A DNA stretch of 64,000 nt, from assembly GCA_963664195.1 (NCBI GenBank), contig OY760907.1, positions 1,312,001 to 1,376,000 on the forward strand, in the 5' to 3' direction. This stretch comes from an uncultured candidate division Zixibacteria bacterium (lineage in GTDB: Bacteria; Zixibacteria; MSB-5A5; GN15; FEB-12). Positions 58,229 to 64,000 of the stretch are shown in pieces. The notes beneath the pieces are model-generated. The model was not told the origin of the DNA. It saw only the letters and a list, made by a program, of their open reading frames with translations, and made no database searches. Position numbers and translations under genes: made by a program. The stretch's first letter is position 1. Every line of letters begins with the position of its first letter.

Positions 58229-58338
58229 ACAAGCCGCGTGCCAAGACCGATAAGTCGTTGTTGAAGTGTTTGTTATGACGAAACGTCGGTTTTTCTGATG
58301 CGACCACACGCACAATTATCGTGCACTGTGATTGTGCA
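58229..58338 (-). promoter_or_regulatory. Sigma54 promoter (TGGCAC-GCGGC-TTGT, 58229-58243) with tandem NtrC-like enhancer sites (58309-58325, 58322-58338)
   Basis: CGCAC-N7-GTGCA and TGCAC-N7-GTGCA, with an IHF-like CAACAACGACTTA between the enhancer and the promoter. Confidence 0.7.
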
Positions 58339-58433
58339 CGGTGAAGAATTGTGCCACAGCTATTTGTGCCGCCGACGTGGCCCGTCAGTTTTCTATGTGG
58401 CCATTTTCACGCCACCACCGTACATTCAATCAA

Positions 58434-59564
58434 ATGATAGAAGACTACGCCACACCGACCAGAGAAAAGGCCATCCTCATCGGTCTTGTCTCGGACTCCC
58501 GACAGAAAAGCGAACAAATGGAATCGCTGGATGAGCTGGCCCGGCTGGCTACAACGGCCGGGGCCGAGGTCTTGGACCGCCGCCTTCAGGTGCGTCGCAA
58601 ACCAAGCCCCAAGTTCTATATTGGCAGCGGTCTGGTTGAGGAACTTAAAGAACAACTCGCCGAAACCGGCGGCAACTGTGTCATATTCGATGACATCCTC
58701 AGTCCCGCCCAGCAACGAAATCTGGAAACGGCGCTTGAGGCCAAAGTCATCGACCGCCCGATTCTCATTCTGGACATTTTCGCCACCGGCGCACGAACGT
58801 CCGGATCGCGACTCCAGGTCGAACTCGCCCAGCTTGAGTACACCCTTCCCCGCCTCACCGGCGCCTGGGTTCACTTCTCCCGACAGTACGGCGGCATAGG
58901 GGCCAAGGGACCAGGTGAAACGCAGCTTGAAATCGACCGTCGCCAGATTCGGACCAAAATCAGTAACCTGAAAAAACGTTTGGCCAAACTGGACACCCAG
59001 CGAAGGACCCAGCGCAAAGCCCGCAGTGAGCTTTTCAAGGTGACCCTGGTCGGATACACCAACGCCGGCAAATCAACGCTTTTCAATCTTCTGACAAAGT
59101 CTGACATTGAAGTGGCCGACAAACTGTTCACCACCCTTGATTCCACCACCCGCATTATGTCAGTCGGCTACCCGCAGAAGGTGGTTTTTTCCGATACCGT
59201 GGGTTTCATTAAGAAACTTCCGCACCAGTTGGTGGAGTCATTCAAGTCGACTCTGGAGGAAGTCTCCCGCGCACAGCTTCTTCTGCATGTGGTAGATTGT
59301 TCAGACCCCAAGCTTGAAGAGCATATTGAACAGACCCGCCAGGTACTGGCTGAGATCGCCGCCGACAAGGTGCCGTATGTTATGGTGTACAATAAGTTGG
59401 ACTCCTTCCCGGATTTTGTGACGCCTGCTGATGACCGTTGTCCGAAGTTCCAAATCTCGGCGCTCAAGAAAACCGGCCTGCCCGGACTGAAGGCGGAGAT
59501 CATTGCTCGGGCGGAAAGATTCCACGGCGCTCAATCCGGCCAAAAATCTGCTAACCTCGAATAG
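58434..59564 (+). CDS. hflX: Ribosome-splitting GTPase HflX
   Basis: LSPAQQRNLE, LQVELAQL, GPGETQLE.DRR, GYTNAGKS, DTVGF, NKLD. Confidence 0.97.
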   Translation: MIEDYATPTREKAILIGLVSDSRQKSEQMESLDELARLATTAGAEVLDRRLQVRRKPSPKFYIGSGLVEELKEQLAETGGNCVIFDDILSPAQQRNLETALEAKVIDRPILILDIFATGARTSGSRLQVELAQLEYTLPRLTGAWVHFSRQYGGIGAKGPGETQLEIDRRQIRTKISNLKKRLAKLDTQRRTQRKARSELFKVTLVGYTNAGKSTLFNLLTKSDIEVADKLFTTLDSTTRIMSVGYPQKVVFSDTVGFIKKLPHQLVESFKSTLEEVSRAQLLLHVVDCSDPKLEEHIEQTRQVLAEIAADKVPYVMVYNKLDSFPDFVTPADDRCPKFQISALKKTGLPGLKAEIIARAERFHGAQSGQKSANLE

Positions 59565-59578
59565 CTTTCTGCCGATAC
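59552..59578 (+). promoter_or_regulatory. Sigma28 (FliA/SigD)-like promoter TAAC-N15-GCCGATAC
   Basis: One mismatch in each box versus TAAA-N15-GCCGATAA; 22 nt before the response regulator ATG. Confidence 0.6.
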
Positions 59579-59600
59579 AATCCCTTAACGGGTATAAACT

Positions 59601-59957
59601 ATGGCAAAACAAATTCTCATCGTCGACGACAACCCTAATATGTCCTCACTACTGGCAGAAATGCTGGAAGTGTTCGACTACACCTCAGTGCGAGCCGGCG
59701 ACGGTCACCAGGCGCTGAGTGAATTGGAAACCGGTGACTTCTCAATGATTATCACCGATATGCGGATGCCGAATATGACGGGCCTCGAACTTCTCAAGGA
59801 AGTCAAGTCTCGCTATCCCAAAATACCGGTGGTGCTTATCTCCGGGTATAGTGCGGGTGAAATTGCATCGCAGGCGGAAATGCTCAATGCCGACGGTTTT
59901 CTGGGCAAACCGCTGATGATGTCCGATATCGAAAGACTGCTGTCGGAACTTCTGTAA
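59601..59957 (+). CDS. Single-domain (CheY-like) response regulator
   Basis: ILIVDD, ITDMRMPNMTG, ISGY, KP. Confidence 0.93.
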   Translation: MAKQILIVDDNPNMSSLLAEMLEVFDYTSVRAGDGHQALSELETGDFSMIITDMRMPNMTGLELLKEVKSRYPKIPVVLISGYSAGEIASQAEMLNADGFLGKPLMMSDIERLLSELL

Positions 59958-60099
59958 CCGACGGCTCTTTGTTTCCTAAGACAAATCACTGACAAACAAG
60001 TTGCGCTCGATAAGGGCGGTTTGAGCTATGTAGTTCGCCGGCATGGGTGCCACGCTCAAGGCTTCCTTGTGAGTGTTGTGACTGTACCAGAGGTCCGGA

Positions 60100-60816
60100 C
60101 TAATCCGCCACCACCCTGAACCGCAGCGTATCCGACCAGACCTCGCCGATCCATTCGTTCGGAATAGTGCTGTCGCAGATGTAGCTCCTGTACCCCAGCC
60201 GCAACCAGTACGTGCCGGGGGAGAAACGGGCGATTCTCGCTGTTCCCATCACGTCAATCGGTTTTGGGATTACAAGTACATCGCCTGCCCCTACCGCCGC
60301 GAAGTATCTCTCCGCGTAAATGCCGGTGAATGGGGCACGGACACCACAAATGGTGAAGTTCTGGCTGATCTCGTACTCAGCCTCTCCGATTCCCTCGATT
60401 TCCAGGAGTAGAACGGTCTCCCCATTGAATCCAAGATGCGTTGCCGCCGCCTCGCAGTAGGGACCCGGCAACTGAAGTGTATTCGGTGATGTGTTTTGAA
60501 CGGCTGCGATAAGGATTGGTACGGACACGACTGTGTCTCCGCTTAGGACAACTTCCCCTCCCACCTTACAGGTGTCGCCTTCCGGTGGCCAAGCGGAGCG
60601 TAGACATTCTGCGTACGCACATTCAGATTCAGAAAAGATGGTATCGTTTAATTGAACAATGAGCTTCAACGGTTCCGATGAAACGGAATCCGGGTAGCAC
60701 TCACTCCTATACTCCCACGGGTACGGTCCGCCTTTCGTCAGCAGCGAACACCCCGTCGCCATCCACGCCAGAAGGCACACGAGAAGACAAGCGAGAAACG
60801 TGTTGCGAGCGGTCAT
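60100..60816 (-). CDS. Hypothetical lipoprotein
   Basis: Lipobox ATGC; Ig-like C-terminus (PGTYWLRLGY...WIGEVWSDT). Confidence 0.7.
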   Translation of the reverse strand: MTARNTFLACLLVCLLAWMATGCSLLTKGGPYPWEYRSECYPDSVSSEPLKLIVQLNDTIFSESECAYAECLRSAWPPEGDTCKVGGEVVLSGDTVVSVPILIAAVQNTSPNTLQLPGPYCEAAATHLGFNGETVLLLEIEGIGEAEYEISQNFTICGVRAPFTGIYAERYFAAVGAGDVLVIPKPIDVMGTARIARFSPGTYWLRLGYRSYICDSTIPNEWIGEVWSDTLRFRVVAD

Positions 60817-60860
60817 ATCGGGTTATCCTCCCCATTGAAGATCGTTGTTGGCGGCTGAAG

Positions 60861-60955
60861 CGCCAGGGGTGGAACCCTGGCGCTCACATGTGATCATAGT
60901 GCTTCCATACAACGCGAAGCGGGCCGAGCCATGAATGGCAACCCCACGAGTGGGC
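60861..60955. repeat. REP-like family F copy plus an H-like hairpin
   Basis: CGCCAGGGGTGGAACCCTGGCGCTCAC; CCCACGAGTGGG abutting the downstream stop codon. Confidence 0.75.
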
Positions 60956-63162
60956 TACTTCTTATCCACATCATCCTTCGACAACACGCTCGCGAACTCG
61001 TTGAAGATCATCTCTTTCGGCTCTGTCTGAAGCGGCCCGATCTCAAACGTGTCGCTCAATCCTTCAATCATCTCACGATGATAAGTCGAATTGCCCTCGG
61101 TATCCTCCACACGGATCACCACCGGCATCTTGAAACTGGACTCGACCTTTTTGGTCGTTACGTTGGCTGTCAGATAGTGTCCGTCGGCCCGTTTCTCCAT
61201 CGTGTATTCGACTTTGTACTCCGGGATGTTGCGTCCGTAGATCCAATGTGCCCAGAACCAGTCCAGCGGCGCACCGTAATGCTTCTCCGCCAGCTTCATC
61301 AGACTCTCGTTGGTGTACTGCCCCATATTAGCGCGTATTTTCAGCTCATTCAGGAACTGATAGAACTTCGCCTCGTTGTGCGTTTCCAGATCGTACATCA
61401 TGTACCGCAGCATGTGGATCACCCACGAACCCTTCATGCGGCGATTCAATGCCGGGACTCTCCGTCCGGCCGCCAGCGGCCAATCCTCGTCGTTTTCGAC
61501 GAGCGTATAAACCTCGTTGCGGCGCCTCAGCAGCTCGCCGAAGAACACCGAGGGGCTTACGGCCGAGGATACGTTCATGAGCGAGAGGTAATCCGGAACC
61601 GCGTCGGAGAGCCAGTACTCACGGTCGGTTTGCGGTCTCATCAGCGAGCCGAACCACTGGAATGCCGCCATCCAGGCTGCATCCATCGGAAGTCCCCCGG
61701 TGCCGTCCTGATAACACTCCACCTGTGAAACGCCCATTAGTCCCGGCATCGTCTTCCCGAACTCCGGATATATCGTCATACTGAACGTTCCCACCGGCGG
61801 ACCCAGTTTCGAGCAGAGAAAATCAAACGCCCCGGTGACCGTTGTACGGTAGTACTCATCCGGGATGAAACAGTTCTGGCGCCCTTTGCTCTGGTGTTGT
61901 GACTTAAGGAAGTTCAGCGTCATGCCTACTTCCGACACCACTGGAATCGTCTCAAAACCGCCCGCATACTGGTGGAACTGCCATTTGCGATACGGCTGCG
62001 AGGGCGCGACGGTGAATTTCTCGCGTTTGCCGTTCTCCGATTCCTCCGCCACCATGTCCGGCATCAGGTAGGTGTACCCCTTCGGAATATCAAACGTCAG
62101 CTTGTGCGGGGAGGGTTTCGGATTCTCCACAAACGGCAGGGCCGGGTTGTAATCCTTGCCGTGGTAAAAAAGACGGAGCGTAATCGTGTCCCCTTTGTAC
62201 CGGTACTCCGGAAGAATCACACCGAGGAAAGCAAACGTCCTCCGGCGCCAGTAATCCACCGGGACACCGTCGCAATACAGCGAATCCAGCTTCAGGTTAT
62301 GGTGGAGATACAGATTCATGAATTTGAGGCTGTCCACATCAATCTGGATATTGACCTCAATATCAGCCGCCTCAATCACCTGACCGTCGAGTCCGGTCAT
62401 CGTGAGATTGCCCTCACGCGAGAGAATGGTCGTCGGGTACTGAATATCGGACATCCGAAGATCATCGTAGACGCCCTTCTCCCGGCGTTGCATCACGGCA
62501 CCGTTGGTGCAAACCTGATCGCCGCCCTCGTGCTCGTAACCAACTATGACTTCTTCCGGTCGATTCGGGTCGAACGTGAACGTGTAGCGATTGAAATCGA
62601 TCCAGAAATAGCCGTCTTCAGCACGCTCATAGAGCGACCGCAGGAGCTGGAAGTAGTTGTCGTACTCGTGCATCACAACAGGTTTGAAGAAGAACTCTCC
62701 CTGCTGTGATTTTCGGAAATCTCCCCACGGAAGATGTGTCTGTTCAAACGTGAACTGCTCTCTCAGGCGAAGGTCGAAATCGTCTGAGAAATTGATCATC
62801 ACCGTTTCGAACGTCTCGTCCACAGTCGAGTCACCCGCCGCATACCAGAGCGACTGCCGTTCTGTGTGACTCGGTATGTCTATCGTGGCATGGCCGGTAC
62901 CGAGGAAAATCGCTGTCGTCGGGCGACCCTCTACCTCTCGAAGCAGGTACATCTTGCCCTCGGTGAACGTGAATGTTGCGACATCCTTGACATACACGAA
63001 ATTGCTGATCTCAGCGATTTCAGCAGGCGGCTTGGTGGCCAACTCCGACCCCATCAACTCGTAACTGTTTTCAAATGCTTTGAAGAACTCCGTTTCAGAT
63101 TGTCCGAGCGGAGCCAGCATCAAGACGATGACAGCGACTGCCAGTACCAGTTTGGAAATCAT
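60955..63162 (-). CDS. Exported M1 aminopeptidase-like protein lacking the HEXXH zinc motif
   Basis: QWFG...WLSD, KGSWVIHMLR, LDWFWAHWIYG..IP, F.MPV are M1 features; HExxH is replaced by WMAAF. Confidence 0.8.
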   Translation of the reverse strand: MISKLVLAVAVIVLMLAPLGQSETEFFKAFENSYELMGSELATKPPAEIAEISNFVYVKDVATFTFTEGKMYLLREVEGRPTTAIFLGTGHATIDIPSHTERQSLWYAAGDSTVDETFETVMINFSDDFDLRLREQFTFEQTHLPWGDFRKSQQGEFFFKPVVMHEYDNYFQLLRSLYERAEDGYFWIDFNRYTFTFDPNRPEEVIVGYEHEGGDQVCTNGAVMQRREKGVYDDLRMSDIQYPTTILSREGNLTMTGLDGQVIEAADIEVNIQIDVDSLKFMNLYLHHNLKLDSLYCDGVPVDYWRRRTFAFLGVILPEYRYKGDTITLRLFYHGKDYNPALPFVENPKPSPHKLTFDIPKGYTYLMPDMVAEESENGKREKFTVAPSQPYRKWQFHQYAGGFETIPVVSEVGMTLNFLKSQHQSKGRQNCFIPDEYYRTTVTGAFDFLCSKLGPPVGTFSMTIYPEFGKTMPGLMGVSQVECYQDGTGGLPMDAAWMAAFQWFGSLMRPQTDREYWLSDAVPDYLSLMNVSSAVSPSVFFGELLRRRNEVYTLVENDEDWPLAAGRRVPALNRRMKGSWVIHMLRYMMYDLETHNEAKFYQFLNELKIRANMGQYTNESLMKLAEKHYGAPLDWFWAHWIYGRNIPEYKVEYTMEKRADGHYLTANVTTKKVESSFKMPVVIRVEDTEGNSTYHREMIEGLSDTFEIGPLQTEPKEMIFNEFASVLSKDDVDKK

Positions 63163-63194
63163 GCGTACAATCCCTTTCCTATCCTTTTGTAGCC

Positions 63195-63794
63195 TCATAC
63201 CCCAAAAGTAGACGGGCCACCGGTCGAATTGTCCAATCTTGTACCGCGAGACGCAAGAGGCATGACGATCTTAAGGAAAAGCTCCTGTTTTCGTTCAAAG
63301 TCGACATCTGCCTCGACGAAATAGTATCCCGGATGTCCCGACCAGGCGCTCGAAAGCGCCTTTTCTATAGTGAGTGCGTCTTCTCTCGATTCGTTCCGCA
63401 CTTCATCGGTCACATAGTATCGCTCCCCCAACGAAGCAGACGATCCAAGCTGTACCACGGTCGTGTACCGGCGGTATTCTCTTTCAAGCGTGGTACCAAC
63501 CTGCTGAAGCGTCTCCGGATGGAATGCATAAGCATCGACTGTCCCCCTGTCCGTCACAAACGGAGAGTCATCGGCTTCTTCCTCCTGAATCGCCTGACGA
63601 CGGTAGATCTCGCGATGAAATGCCCCCCGGTCTTTTCGATACTCCGGCTTCTCCACCAAAATGGCCCGCGCCAATTCCTCGAAAAACAGGAAGCCTGACC
63701 ATGCGGCATCGGCACGCAGCCGCTCAAAAAGCACGGTCTTGCCCGAGGCGGGTGCGCCGGTTATGACGATTCTGGCAGAGGTTGATCGATTCAT
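63195..63794 (-). CDS. AAA_28 (NadR/Ttd14-like) P-loop nucleotide kinase/ATPase
   Basis: RIVITGAPASGKT, ELAR, TDRGTVDAYAF, DEVRNES. Confidence 0.85.
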   Translation of the reverse strand: MNRSTSARIVITGAPASGKTVLFERLRADAAWSGFLFFEELARAILVEKPEYRKDRGAFHREIYRRQAIQEEEADDSPFVTDRGTVDAYAFHPETLQQVGTTLEREYRRYTTVVQLGSSASLGERYYVTDEVRNESREDALTIEKALSSAWSGHPGYYFVEADVDFERKQELFLKIVMPLASRGTRLDNSTGGPSTFGV

Positions 63795-63910
63795 GCGCCT
63801 GCAATCTAGGATGACCCTATTATTGTGTCAAGTTTGCAACCCTCGAGAGTCTCGATAAGGTTGATCTGCGATCCTTTTATACGTACTTTGAATCAAAGTG
63901 AGGGAAAACC

Positions 63911-64000
63911 ATGCAGATAAACGAAATTCAACAGTATCTCAGAGAACACAAACTCGACGGCTGGCTCATGGCCGATTTTCACGGTCGCAACGATATCGCT
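63911..64000 (+). CDS. M24 (Xaa-Pro peptidase) family protein, 5' fragment
   Basis: MQINEIQQYLREHKLDGWLMADFHGRNDIA; SD GAGGG; runs off the window. Confidence 0.7.
   Translation, partial: MQINEIQQYLREHKLDGWLMADFHGRNDIA

Overview
Core chromosomal region around the replication origin of an FCB-group bacterium. Candidate division Zixibacteria is an inference from the ileS(type 2)-dksA-lspA gene order and the QNYPNPFN-type C-terminal domains and dockerin-like lipoproteins. Contents from left to right: ilvC (partial), nadC-birA-iscU-mutM, an orphan sugar-type ABC ATPase, recF-dnaN-oriC-dnaA (bipartite origin with a readable tandem-box/DnaA-trio unwinding module), mrp, and lspA-dksA-ileS. A ~19 kb block of mostly co-oriented accessory genes follows (TPR, HD-GYP, pepF, four tandem cohesin/dockerin-like lipoproteins, membrane proteins, FG-GAP protein), then punA, a PfkB kinase, a PD-(D/E)XK nuclease, divIVA, yggS, alr and rex with its operator. 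After these come a three-gene restriction-modification-like cassette (truncated MTase + Eco57I-like N6-MTase + GIY-YIG/SF2 helicase), an HhH-GPD glycosylase, uvrA, an ECF S-component, hflX and an apparently catalytically dead M1 peptidase. Intergenic spaces carry at least 7 recurring families of REP-like palindromes in mosaic clusters that tend to border accessory genes. Sigma54-like and sigma28-like promoters are visible. No rRNA, tRNA, CRISPR array, integrase or transposase was recognised. All calls come from reading motifs by eye; no database searches were run.
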